A stretch of DNA of 64,000 nt from an uncultured bacterium (GCA_964645915.1 CAZYDH010000005.1:26294-90293), one strand, 5' to 3'; counted from the first letter of the stretch, positions 1 through 9,767 are shown. Numbers and translations are program-made. Notes: generated from the sequence alone by a model not told the origin.

Positions 1-132
1 GGAAAAACGTATGAAGAAATTCAAGCTCAATGGTATAATAAGAACTACTGGTCTGATATGCATAATCAAATCGATGAGATGGACGAGTTAATTAACGATT
101 TCAATGAGCAAACAGGTTTGCTGAAATCATAA
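1..132 (+). CDS. 3' end of an unidentified protein (gene starts upstream of the window)
   Basis: Frame 1 is open from base 1 to TAA at 130-132 (...GKTYEEIQAQWYNKNYWSDMHNQIDEMDELINDFNEQTGLLKS*). I recognise no motif. Confidence 0.35.
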   Translation, partial: GKTYEEIQAQWYNKNYWSDMHNQIDEMDELINDFNEQTGLLKS

Positions 133-184
133 TGATTTTAAACCAATTAATTGTGTAATTTAGGAATACTAAACATTCGAGCAG

Positions 185-685
185 ATGAACATGCTCCATA
201 TTGAAAATTCTGAATATTACACGATAAAATTTACAATAAATGGGAAGGAATTGGAAAAAACAGTTCCTTCCCATATGCGTTTATTAGATTTATTACGAGA
301 GGAATTATTATTAACCGGCTCTAAAGAAGTCTGTGGAGAAGGAGAGTGCGGTGCATGTACTATTTTACTGGATGAGAAAATAGTGAACTCTTGCTTAATT
401 CTTGCTGTTGAAGTTTCCGGTTCAGAGATTATTACCATTGAGGGAGTATCCAAAGATGATTCATTGACCAAGCTCCAAGAAGAATTCCTTCAAAAGCATT
501 CTGTTCAATGCGGGTATTGTATTCCGGGTATGATCTTTTCAGGAGACCATACACTCCAAAATAATACATCACCATCTCGACAAGATATTCGAGATGACCT
601 ATCCGGCAACATGTGTAGATGTACCGGATATAAGAAAATAATCGATGCGATCGAATCAACTTCTAAAAGTGAACATTCATCGTGA
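185..685 (+). CDS. [2Fe-2S]-binding small subunit of the xanthine dehydrogenase / CO dehydrogenase family (CoxS/XdhC type)
   Basis: Intact plant-type cluster motif CGEGECGACTILLDEKIVNSC (C-x4-C-x2-C-x11-C). The second cluster motifs CGYCIPGM and CRCTGY are also present. Confidence 0.9.
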   Translation: MNMLHIENSEYYTIKFTINGKELEKTVPSHMRLLDLLREELLLTGSKEVCGEGECGACTILLDEKIVNSCLILAVEVSGSEIITIEGVSKDDSLTKLQEEFLQKHSVQCGYCIPGMIFSGDHTLQNNTSPSRQDIRDDLSGNMCRCTGYKKIIDAIESTSKSEHSS

Positions 686-1557
686 AATATTTCAGACCAT
701 CCACCGTCAATGAGCTTGAGAAATTACTTTCAGATAAATTGATTCTTAACTCCAAACAATTTCTTTCAGGGGGAACAGACATATTACCTAGATGGGAAAA
801 TGGTGTTTCTCCACCAAAACATTTAATTGATCTAAAGAAGGTAGAAAGATTATCGGGTATATCAAAAGAAGGCAATAACATATCCATTGGTACATTAACT
901 ACAATTCAACAATTAAAAGACAATCCGAATATATCCAAACATTTCCCCTCGATCATTCAAGCCACATCGTCTTTTGCAGGTGTTCAAATCCGTCATAGAG
1001 CAACGATAGGTGGCAATATTTGTAATGCGTCACCTGCCGGCGATTTAATCCCTTGTTTATATGTACACAATGCAAAAGTTGAATTGTTAAGTCCTCGGGG
1101 AGTAAGGATTATACCTGTCGATGAGTTTTTTATTGGACCCGGAAAAACCACATTGCAGAAAGACGAATTTCTCACAAAAATAATCTTACCGATATCAAAT
1201 ATTAAATCGATGTTTTATAAACTTGGATTAAGACAATCCATGGCAATCTCAGTTGTAAATTTTGCTTTAAGCTATGATCTAAATCCCGATAATACACTCA
1301 AATCCTTGAACATAGCATGTGGTGCTGTAGCACCTACAGTAGTATATTTAAAATATTTAGTCAATGCAATAATAAATGGTGAATCTGTTGAATCAGTTAT
1401 TGATCTTATCTATAAGGATATTTCACCAATAGATGATATACGTGCTTCAGCAGAATATCGTCGAAAGGCTTTGAAAAACCTTATAGCTTATACAATAAAT
1501 AATCTAAAAAACAGTGATAATCCTTTAATCAATCATGATAAGGATTCTCATGTCTGA
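682..1557 (+). CDS. FAD-binding subunit of a molybdopterin dehydrogenase (CoxM/XdhB type)
   Basis: Motifs LSGGTDILP and HRATIGGNICNASPAGD. It overlaps the FeS gene by 4 nt (ATGA type). Confidence 0.85.
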   Translation: MKYFRPSTVNELEKLLSDKLILNSKQFLSGGTDILPRWENGVSPPKHLIDLKKVERLSGISKEGNNISIGTLTTIQQLKDNPNISKHFPSIIQATSSFAGVQIRHRATIGGNICNASPAGDLIPCLYVHNAKVELLSPRGVRIIPVDEFFIGPGKTTLQKDEFLTKIILPISNIKSMFYKLGLRQSMAISVVNFALSYDLNPDNTLKSLNIACGAVAPTVVYLKYLVNAIINGESVESVIDLIYKDISPIDDIRASAEYRRKALKNLIAYTINNLKNSDNPLINHDKDSHV

Positions 1558-4500
1558 TAGATTTTATCCAATAAAATTACCGCATTTGTTAAAGTGGATT
1601 CTCGAAGAAAAGGGAAAATCCAATTCTATTCTTGGTGTCTCTAAAGAATTAATATTCAATCCGAAAGAAACGGATGTATTTCGGATGACTAGATACAACC
1701 AATTACTTGAGACTCCAATTGGTGTAGCAGCCGGCCCACACACTCAAATGTCTCAAAATATTGTATTGGCCTGGTTAATGGGTGCTAGATATATCGAACT
1801 TAAAACAATCCAAACTCTTGATGAATTAGAAGTTTCTAAACCATGTATTGATATGCAGGATGAGGGTTACAATTGTGAATGGTCACAAGAATTAAAACTG
1901 AAACAGTCTTTTTCTGAATACCTTAATGCATGGATTATCATCCACATTCTTAGATATGAATTTGGATGGAACAATACAAATGGATTGGGCACAATATTTA
2001 ATATGTCCGCCGGGTATAATTTAGACGGAATCAAAAATAATAATGTTCAACAATTTTTGGATATGATGGAAAATTGTCAACCTCAATTAAACGAGTGTTT
2101 AAATGAAATTGAGACCATCTATCCTAAGATAAAAGACATTCATATTTCTTCGCAAATTTCAAACAATCTTACACTGTCTACAATGCATGGATGCCCACCG
2201 GATGAAATCGAGTCTATCGGGAAATATTTTATTGAGGAAAGACAATACCATACAGCTATCAAATTGAATCCAACTCTTTTGGGTCCTGATCATCTACGAG
2301 ATATACTAACTAATCATCTGGGATATAATAATATAACGGTACCGGATGAAGCCTTTAATCATGATTTAAAATTTGACGATGCGTTGCAGTTAATCCAACG
2401 ATTACAAAACGCTGCTACAAAAGCGAATATTGATTTTGGATTAAAATTGACTAATACTCTTGAAGTAGAAAATCATAAAAACATATTTAGTTCCGATGAG
2501 CAAATGATGTATATGAGTGGACGTGCATTACATCCGATCAGTATACATGTTGCAGAAAAGGTGCAAAATGTATTTGATGGTGAACTTGATATTTCATTTT
2601 CAGCAGGAACTGATGCCTTTAATATTGCTGATATTCTTTCTTCAAATATCAAACCGATTACTGTATGTACTGATCTTTTAAAACCGGGTGGATATACTCG
2701 CTTAGCTCAATATATTCATGTAGTTAATAACGAGTTCAAAAAAGCAGAATCAACTTCAATTGATGAGTTCATTCTTTCAAAAAATGAAAATGGGAATTCA
2801 ATAAAAGAAGCGAGTTTAAATAATCTCAGACGATATTGTGAAAGTGTTCTCATCAATAAGGCATATTTAAAAGATAACAATCATTTTGAATCAATAAAAA
2901 CTAATCGTCTGTTAACAACATTTGATTGTGTAAAAGCACCGTGTATGGAATCCTGTGCAACTGAACAAGCAATTCCAGAATATATGTATCAAGTAGCACA
3001 AAAAGATTTTCAAAAAGCCTGGGATACGATCTTGATGACAAATCCTATGCCGGCAGTAACCGGACACGTATGTGATCATCTATGCCAAACCAAATGTACA
3101 AGAAATAATCTGGATAATACGTTATTGATTCGAGCCATTAAACGCTTTGTAGCTGAAAATGCTAACAAAACTCCACTCAAACCAAAACAATCAAATGAGA
3201 TAAAAACCGCAATCATCGGTGCAGGACCTTCTGGATTAACATGCTCATATTATTTAGCATTAGAAGGATTTGACGTTGATATCTTTGAAGCAAAGCCATT
3301 TGCAGGTGGAATGGTCTCCGATGCAATACCATCATTTAGATTAGAAGAAAGATCAATAAATAATGATATTGATTTAGTGAAGTCAGTAGGTGTTCAGTTG
3401 CATTTCAATGTAACTATTGATAAAGAGTTGTTTCAAAAACTGCAAAATGATTATGACTATATTTATATTGCTGCAGGTGCACAAAATAATAAAACGTTAA
3501 ATATAGAAGGTGAAGATTTACCCAATGTAATTGAACCACTAACATTTCTTTCAAAAGTAAGACAAAATAAGATCGATAATATTGGACAAGATATCGCAGT
3601 TATCGGTGGTGGTAATACCGCCATGGACGCAGCAAGAACCTCCAAAAGGTTTGGAGCGAATGTTACAATTATCTATCGTCGAACAATGAATGAAATGCCC
3701 GCTGACAGGGAAGAAATAATTGCGGCTTTAAATGAAGGAATTCAATTATATGAATTAATGATCCCTGAATCCCTGAGGTTATCCGATGAATCTTCCGTTA
3801 TTTTGACGTGTTCAAAAATGAAATTGGGAGAAAAAGATGAAAGCGGTAGAGCACGCCCGATAAAAATAACCGGATCTGAGGTTGAGTTAGAATTTGATAC
3901 AATCATCCCGGCAGTTGGACAGGATATTGCATTTGATTTTCTATCTTGGAATGATTTAAACGGAAATGAAAATAAAAAAGAAACAAATATTACTAATATT
4001 TATGTCGGAGGAGATGCAATTCGTGGAGCATCTTCCGTTATTAATGCGGTCGGTGATGGACGAAAAGCAGCAGAAAGTATTATCAATAAAGCGATAGGTC
4101 TTAAAAAGGAAATAAAAAAATCATCTCTTCGATATAATAAGGAATATTATCAGAAGAAATTAGCATTTAGACAATTCGGTCTTGAAACTGAGGACTTATT
4201 AAAAGGATCTGAATTAAATTTTGTTTTAATCGATAGAACCTTAAATATTGACGAAGCTGTTTATGAAGCATCACGATGTTTACAATGTGACGATGTATGC
4301 GATATTTGTGTAAGTGTTTGTCCTAACTTGGCTAATATATCCTATATAGCTGTTCATAAAAAGTATCCGGTTTATCAAATCAAACGAAAAAATAATCAAA
4401 TTGTAAAACATATCATCGATACATTTGTTTTGAAACAAGAGCCACAAATAATAAATATCGGTAACTTTTGCAACGAGTGTGGTAATTGTTCAACATTTTG

Positions 4501-4825
4501 CCCGACTTCCGGTGACCCTTATAAAACCAAACCCAAATTTTATCTGGATGAATCTTCATATAGTGCTGAATCTTCCGGATATCTTCTGAATAGAGAAAAA
4601 TTATTATATAAAGATGAAACCACCAATTCTGAGTTAATTTTGAATAATGATAACTATCAATACTCTGATGACCAACTGGATGTAACAATTGACAAAACAA
4701 ATATGAATGTAATAGATGTTAACCTTAAAGTTGATAAAATGCAGGATACAAAAAAATGTATTCAGCTTATAATTTTATATGAAAATTTAATAGATAATCC
4801 AATTTTCACAGATGAATCACTATGA
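1535..4825 (+). CDS. ygfK: YgfK-like multidomain Fe-S flavoprotein oxidoreductase: DPD/DHOD-like barrel, GltD-like NAD(P)H/FAD module and 2x[4Fe-4S] ferredoxin
   Basis: N-terminal PIGVAAGPHTQ...YIELKTIQ...KPCIDMQDEGYNCEWS recalls E. coli YgfK. Also present: CVKAPCMESC and GHVCDHLCQTKCTR, dinucleotide folds IIGAGPSGL and VIGGGNTAMDAAR, and C-terminal CLQCDDVCDICVSVCP and CNECGNCSTFCP. The true start may be ATG 1550 (MSDRFYP). Confidence 0.85.
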   Translation: MIRILMSDRFYPIKLPHLLKWILEEKGKSNSILGVSKELIFNPKETDVFRMTRYNQLLETPIGVAAGPHTQMSQNIVLAWLMGARYIELKTIQTLDELEVSKPCIDMQDEGYNCEWSQELKLKQSFSEYLNAWIIIHILRYEFGWNNTNGLGTIFNMSAGYNLDGIKNNNVQQFLDMMENCQPQLNECLNEIETIYPKIKDIHISSQISNNLTLSTMHGCPPDEIESIGKYFIEERQYHTAIKLNPTLLGPDHLRDILTNHLGYNNITVPDEAFNHDLKFDDALQLIQRLQNAATKANIDFGLKLTNTLEVENHKNIFSSDEQMMYMSGRALHPISIHVAEKVQNVFDGELDISFSAGTDAFNIADILSSNIKPITVCTDLLKPGGYTRLAQYIHVVNNEFKKAESTSIDEFILSKNENGNSIKEASLNNLRRYCESVLINKAYLKDNNHFESIKTNRLLTTFDCVKAPCMESCATEQAIPEYMYQVAQKDFQKAWDTILMTNPMPAVTGHVCDHLCQTKCTRNNLDNTLLIRAIKRFVAENANKTPLKPKQSNEIKTAIIGAGPSGLTCSYYLALEGFDVDIFEAKPFAGGMVSDAIPSFRLEERSINNDIDLVKSVGVQLHFNVTIDKELFQKLQNDYDYIYIAAGAQNNKTLNIEGEDLPNVIEPLTFLSKVRQNKIDNIGQDIAVIGGGNTAMDAARTSKRFGANVTIIYRRTMNEMPADREEIIAALNEGIQLYELMIPESLRLSDESSVILTCSKMKLGEKDESGRARPIKITGSEVELEFDTIIPAVGQDIAFDFLSWNDLNGNENKKETNITNIYVGGDAIRGASSVINAVGDGRKAAESIINKAIGLKKEIKKSSLRYNKEYYQKKLAFRQFGLETEDLLKGSELNFVLIDRTLNIDEAVYEASRCLQCDDVCDICVSVCPNLANISYIAVHKKYPVYQIKRKNNQIVKHIIDTFVLKQEPQIINIGNFCNECGNCSTFCPTSGDPYKTKPKFYLDESSYSAESSGYLLNREKLLYKDETTNSELILNNDNYQYSDDQLDVTIDKTNMNVIDVNLKVDKMQDTKKCIQLIILYENLIDNPIFTDESL

Positions 4826-6225
4826 GTAATATTTTAATAAAAAATCCTCTTGCAGTTTGCACAATGAATAACTCCAAATATGAGTTTCAGGGGGGACATA
4901 TCTTAATTGTAGATGATAAAATAAAATCTCTTGGACCGTTTGAAATAGATGTAGAAGTAGATCATGTAATAGACGCATCTGATTGTGTGGTCCTTCCCGG
5001 ATTGATTAACACTCATCACCATTTGTATCAAACTCTTACAAGGAATATTCCGTTTATGCAGGATCTTCCACTGTTTGGCTGGTTAACAAATCACTATGAA
5101 GTCTGGCGAGAACTAACCGAAGAAGCTGTGACTGTTAGTACTAAAATTGGACTTTTGGAACTGATGAAAACCGGGACAACAACAAGTTCTGATCATTTAT
5201 ATTTATTTCCTCATAAAACTTCTGGAAAGTTGATTGATGCAGAAATAGAAAGTGCAAAACATCTCGGATTACGGTTTCAACCTACTCGTGGATCGATGTC
5301 GCTAGGGAGAACAAAAGGGGGACTTCCACCCGATGATACCGTTCAAACAGAAAAAGAGATTCAAAAAGACTCAGAGAGGTTGATCAATCAATATCATGAT
5401 TCTTCAGAAGGAGCTATGATAAGAATATCCCTTGCACCATGCTCACCCTTTTCGGTCACACCTGAACTGATGAAGAATACTGCCGAGTTTGCATTGGCAA
5501 ATAATATTCAAATGCATACACACTTAGCTGAAACACTAGATGAAGAAAAATTTTGCATCAATAACTATGGAGACAGGCCAGCAGCTTATGTTGATAAGCT
5601 GGGATGGATGAATAAAAACGCATGGTTTGCTCATGCTATCCACTTAAATAATCAGGAAATATCCAGAATGGCCGATACCGGAGCTGGAATGACACATTGC
5701 CCCACGTCAAACATGCGATTGGGAAGCGGGATTGCACCAATTAAAGAAATGATGGAATCAAATGTTAGAGTAAGCATAGGAGTGGATGGGTCTGCTTCAA
5801 ACGATGCAGGTAATATGCTTATGGAGCTACGAAATGCAATGATGATATCCAGACTACGTGAGGAACAATATTGGTTATCTGCAAGAGATGTTCTTTGGCT
5901 AGGGACAAGAGGAGGTGCTTCTGTTTTAGGGCGCAATGATATTGGTCAATTATCCGTTGGTAAACAGGCTGATCTGGCATTATTCTCGGTTAATACATTA
6001 GAATATGCAGGTGCATTGTCAGATCCGATCGCAGCATTGATCTTCAACGTTCGCACTTCACCAGTGGCTCATTTGATTATTCACGGTAAAAGTGTAATTA
6101 ATCACGGTCAATCTTCTCTTGATGAATCTTCGCTAATAAGTACACATAATCAAATAGCAAAAACTATGTTAACATCTGCACAAGATAAAACAAGAATAGA
6201 CTTTTTAAAAATGAGTAAGGATTAA
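4822..6225 (+). CDS. Amidohydrolase-superfamily deaminase, 8-oxoguanine deaminase-like (occupies the SsnA position)
   Basis: LPGLINTHHHLYQTLTRN...LFGWLTNHYEVW...TTTSSDHLYLFP matches my recollection of the COG0402 8-oxoguanine/isoxanthopterin deaminase group. Later HTHLAE and GVDGSASND metal-ligand motifs are present. 4-nt overlap with ygfK. Confidence 0.8.
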   Translation: MSNILIKNPLAVCTMNNSKYEFQGGHILIVDDKIKSLGPFEIDVEVDHVIDASDCVVLPGLINTHHHLYQTLTRNIPFMQDLPLFGWLTNHYEVWRELTEEAVTVSTKIGLLELMKTGTTTSSDHLYLFPHKTSGKLIDAEIESAKHLGLRFQPTRGSMSLGRTKGGLPPDDTVQTEKEIQKDSERLINQYHDSSEGAMIRISLAPCSPFSVTPELMKNTAEFALANNIQMHTHLAETLDEEKFCINNYGDRPAAYVDKLGWMNKNAWFAHAIHLNNQEISRMADTGAGMTHCPTSNMRLGSGIAPIKEMMESNVRVSIGVDGSASNDAGNMLMELRNAMMISRLREEQYWLSARDVLWLGTRGGASVLGRNDIGQLSVGKQADLALFSVNTLEYAGALSDPIAALIFNVRTSPVAHLIIHGKSVINHGQSSLDESSLISTHNQIAKTMLTSAQDKTRIDFLKMSKD

Positions 6226-6227
6226 TA

Positions 6228-6992
6228 ATGTGGTATTCCGTTAGATCCATTTCTAAACCAAAGAATCTTCAGAATGCTTTTGAGTTAAGTCAAATCTCCG
6301 GGAATGCCATTTATGGTGGAGGAAGTTATTTAGTCGCTGAGAAAAATGAAAATATCCATACACTTATAGATATTAACCATTTAATTGGAAATAACATCCA
6401 ATGCAGTTATGAAAAAGTTTCAATCGATGCAGGTGTTTCTCTCCAACAATTTATTGATGAAGTGACAACCATCAATTCGAATTGCAGACTTCTTTCAGGG
6501 GTTCGATATGCAACACCATCAAAGAATATTCGTAACCAACGTTGTTTTGGCGGAGAATTGGGGCAAAATCGTCCAAACTCTGATATATTAGTGTTCTTAC
6601 ATGCTATCAATGCCGAATTGACTGTGGTGACCAAAAATGAATCAAAAGTTAAGATCAATGACTGGGATGGAATAGGAATTATCAAAAATGTAACTTACTA
6701 CCCAAAGAAAATCGATTCTGTTGAGATAGTTAGACATGCCCCAATCCCATCAGCAAGTTCGATTGTTTGTGTTGTTTGCACTAAAGAAAATGATGCACTG
6801 AGAGTATCTATTGGAGGGAGATGTAAAATTATTCAAACATTTACAATTCCTGCTCAAGATTTTAATGACGACAAGATCGAGCAAATTGCTTCTAACTCAA
6901 TAAAATTCTTTGAAACTGATCACATGGGATCACTAGAATTTAAGAAATTACTCATAGCCACTTTGATAAAACGTGCCGGAGATAACTTATGA
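6228..6992 (+). CDS. ygfM: YgfM-like FAD-binding-type subunit (divergent)
   Basis: About 254 aa. GGGSYLV sits in place of GGTD, and NQRCFGGELGQNRPNSDILVFLHAINAEL parallels E. coli YgfM as I recall it. Position between the amidohydrolase and xdhD-like genes matches ygfM synteny. Confidence 0.6.
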   Translation: MWYSVRSISKPKNLQNAFELSQISGNAIYGGGSYLVAEKNENIHTLIDINHLIGNNIQCSYEKVSIDAGVSLQQFIDEVTTINSNCRLLSGVRYATPSKNIRNQRCFGGELGQNRPNSDILVFLHAINAELTVVTKNESKVKINDWDGIGIIKNVTYYPKKIDSVEIVRHAPIPSASSIVCVVCTKENDALRVSIGGRCKIIQTFTIPAQDFNDDKIEQIASNSIKFFETDHMGSLEFKKLLIATLIKRAGDNL

Positions 6993-7447
6993 TCAATTTT
7001 ATTCTAAATGGGAAACGTGTCCGGGTTGATGTCCCTGCAGGAGCTACGCTTTTCGATTATTTAAGAGATAGCGAAATATTCAGTGTAAAATTTGGTTCGG
7101 AAAAAGGGGAGACCGGTGCCGATTCTGTGTTGATAGACGGTAAATTGATGAACTCCTCATTATTGCTTTTACATTCTTTAGAAAACAAATCAATAGAGAC
7201 CATCGAATCATTTTCATCTGGTACGAATATCCATCGCCTTCAGGAAATATTTATTGAAGAAGGCGCTGTACAATGTGGATATTGCACTCCGGCAATGCTA
7301 TTAGCCGCTGAGTCATTGAGAAGAGAAAATATCGAATCAAGCGATTCAGATATTAAAGAGTCAATATCCGGTGTTTATTGTCGGTGTACGGGATATGTAA
7401 AACCATTAAAAGCAATCCAAAAATATTTAAATGAAACCCGTGGTTGA
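6989..7447 (+). CDS. XdhD N-terminal-like Fe-S subunit with a Cys-less first ferredoxin domain
   Basis: The second-cluster motifs CGYCTPAM and CRCTGY are present. The first-cluster positions read S37/T42/D45/S57 (GSEKGETGADSVLIDGKLMNSS) instead of four Cys. Confidence 0.8.
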   Translation: MINFILNGKRVRVDVPAGATLFDYLRDSEIFSVKFGSEKGETGADSVLIDGKLMNSSLLLLHSLENKSIETIESFSSGTNIHRLQEIFIEEGAVQCGYCTPAMLLAAESLRRENIESSDSDIKESISGVYCRCTGYVKPLKAIQKYLNETRG

Positions 7448-9737
7448 TATTATGAAGATCATCGGAAAAAACACAAAAAGAATAGATGGAATATCTCTTA
7501 CAAAAGGAAAACCCGTTTTTGCAGATGATAAGAGAAAAAAAGATTATTTATATTTAAAAATCCTTAGAAGCACGATACCTCACGGAGTTATTAAACAAAT
7601 TGATTATGCAGATGCACTGAAATTAGACGGGGTAGAACTGGTTTTAACACATAAGGACTTTAAATCTATCTATTATACAACCGCCGGTCAAGGTGCACCG
7701 GAACCATCACCGCATGATACATTGATATTAGATTCGGTTGTACGATATGTAGGCGATCGAGTCGCTGTAGTTGCTGCAACCTCAATAGAGATTGCAGAAA
7801 AAGCATTAAAACTTATCCAAGTTGAATATGAAGAACTTCCGGCTATTTTCAATATGGATGAGGCTATTGGAAATTCGACGATTCTACATCCTGATAAAGA
7901 AGGATATAATTTTGTTTATGACCCAAAGAAGAATATAGCGTCTAATATCAATGAAGAACTGGGTGATGTTGATGAAGCAATGGACAATTCAGATTATGTT
8001 TTCGAGAATACTTATTCAACACCCTATGTTCAACATGCTCATATTGAGCCACATATTTCTCTATCTTGGTTAGATGAAAATGACAGGCTGGTCATCCGAA
8101 CAGCAACACAAGTACCACACCATGTACGTAGAATTGTTGCTGAAGTTCTTGAAATACCGATAAATAAAATAAGAGTCATTAAACCACGCATTGGTGGAGG
8201 TTTTGGTTCAAAGCAAGAGATTATAGGAGAAGAGTTATGCGCAGCAGTAACCTTACGTACCGGTAAACCTGCGCGTTTAGAATATACTCGTGAAGAAGAA
8301 TTCACAGCCGCAAGATCACGTCATCCTCAGAAAATCACTTTTAAAATCGGATTGAATAAAGATCATATTATTCAAGCTATTGATATGAATATTCTTCAGA
8401 ATTCCGGTGCGTATGGCCCTCATTCACTAACAGTTATGTCTGTCTCCGCCAGTAAAACATTAGCCTTGTATAAATCTAATCATGTGAGAATCGTTGCTAA
8501 TTCTGTTTATACAAATCTTCCACCTGCTGGAGCTTATCGTGGATATGGTGCTCCTCAAGGATTTTTTGCTTTGGAATCGATCATGGACGAAATAGCAAAC
8601 GAATTAAATGTGGATCCAATTGAATTAAGAGAGAAAAATTATTTCAATGAAGGTGATGAAGTTCCTATTGCAAAAGTTCTTGGAGAAGGAAGAGAAGGAT
8701 TCCCGGTTATCTTAAATACGAGTGGAATTCGAGAATGTTTATCTGTCGGTAAAAAATATATCCAATGGAATAAAACAAAACCTAATAATAAACTCACCTA
8801 CTTAAAAGATGGTATTGGAGTAGCAACAGTCGCTCAAGGGTCAGGCATCGCCGGAATTGACATGGGTGCAGCCTATATTAAAATGAATGAAGATGGGAGT
8901 TTTAATCTAAATATTGGTGCGACCGACCTTGGGACGGGATCTGACACTGCATTAGCACAAATCGCTGCAGAAGTATTAGAAGTCCCGGTTGATAAGATAA
9001 TTGTTTATTCATCCGATACAGATTTAACTCCTTTCGATACTGGAGCTTATGCATCAAGCACAACCTTCATTAGTGGAACCGCTGTAAAAAAGGCTGCCTT
9101 GGATGTAAGAAATCAGATACTCGATCAAGGTAAAAAGATTCTAAATGTTGAGACTGCTGTTATTAAAGACCAATGTGTTGTGGCAAATAATGGAGAAAAA
9201 ATCACCTATGGTGAAATATGTACAAAATCATTTTACACAGATCATCAGCTTCAGATCCAATCTGCAACATCTCATATGAGTTATGACAGTCCACCACCAT
9301 ATAATGCAACATTTGCTGACGTAACCGTTGATATAGAAACGGGGTTTGTTAAAGTAAACAAAATCATTTCTGTAACAGATGCCGGACAGATTATTAATCC
9401 GCAGATGTCTGCAGGTCAAATAGAAGGAGCGATTCCACAATCGTTGGGTATGGCAATATCTGAGTTTATGATCTTTGATAAACAGGGGAGAGCTATTAAT
9501 CGAGATTTTAATGACTATCATATTTATACTTCGATTGATATGCCTGAAATTGTTGCAAAATTTGTTCACACGAATGAACCTACCGGTCCCTTTGGTGCAA
9601 AAGCAGTTGCGGAAATTCCTACGAACGGTCCTGCTCCAGCAATTGTGAACGCAATATACAATGCGTGTGGTGTTCGCATCCGACATTTACCCATTACTCC
9701 GGAGAAGATACTGCGTGGATTAGGTAAAATATCTTAA
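7431..9737 (+). CDS. xdhD: Molybdopterin-binding large subunit, XdhD-like (xanthine dehydrogenase family)
   Basis: YYTTAGQGAPEPSPHD...YVGDRVAVVAA, RIGGGFGSKQE, AYRGYGAPQG and GPFGAKAVAEIP are typical of the family and close to E. coli XdhD as recalled. An alternative start is ATG 7452 (MKIIGK), just after the upstream stop. Confidence 0.9.
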   Translation: MKPVVDIMKIIGKNTKRIDGISLTKGKPVFADDKRKKDYLYLKILRSTIPHGVIKQIDYADALKLDGVELVLTHKDFKSIYYTTAGQGAPEPSPHDTLILDSVVRYVGDRVAVVAATSIEIAEKALKLIQVEYEELPAIFNMDEAIGNSTILHPDKEGYNFVYDPKKNIASNINEELGDVDEAMDNSDYVFENTYSTPYVQHAHIEPHISLSWLDENDRLVIRTATQVPHHVRRIVAEVLEIPINKIRVIKPRIGGGFGSKQEIIGEELCAAVTLRTGKPARLEYTREEEFTAARSRHPQKITFKIGLNKDHIIQAIDMNILQNSGAYGPHSLTVMSVSASKTLALYKSNHVRIVANSVYTNLPPAGAYRGYGAPQGFFALESIMDEIANELNVDPIELREKNYFNEGDEVPIAKVLGEGREGFPVILNTSGIRECLSVGKKYIQWNKTKPNNKLTYLKDGIGVATVAQGSGIAGIDMGAAYIKMNEDGSFNLNIGATDLGTGSDTALAQIAAEVLEVPVDKIIVYSSDTDLTPFDTGAYASSTTFISGTAVKKAALDVRNQILDQGKKILNVETAVIKDQCVVANNGEKITYGEICTKSFYTDHQLQIQSATSHMSYDSPPPYNATFADVTVDIETGFVKVNKIISVTDAGQIINPQMSAGQIEGAIPQSLGMAISEFMIFDKQGRAINRDFNDYHIYTSIDMPEIVAKFVHTNEPTGPFGAKAVAEIPTNGPAPAIVNAIYNACGVRIRHLPITPEKILRGLGKIS

Positions 9738-9767
9738 CTTTACACAAATAAATAGACTAACAACAAT

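Noticed and set aside
7431-7451. The XdhD-like protein being split into two ORFs might indicate a frameshifted pseudogene or programmed frameshift
   Set aside because: Both parts are full-length with their own start codons, and the junction is a normal short overlap. The E. coli fusion has a long linker here, so a natural split is simpler. I saw no slippery sequence.
9228-9686. A 152-aa antisense ORF inside the Mo-subunit gene, plus similar long shadow ORFs (for example 36623-37000, 55570-55962, 62597-62944 and 15794-16090)
   Set aside because: All lie opposite strongly recognisable genes (xdhD-like, the T9SS cargo, mreB, ispG, leuS). Their compositions are odd (Cys/Arg/Ile-rich or Ser/Pro-rich) and they carry no motifs. 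These are typical shadow frames in AT-rich DNA.
185-9737. Possible in-frame TGA (selenocysteine) codons, because the family is linked to selenium
   Set aside because: All seven ORFs are continuous without internal stops. The proposed selenium dependence of this family concerns a labile cofactor, not Sec.
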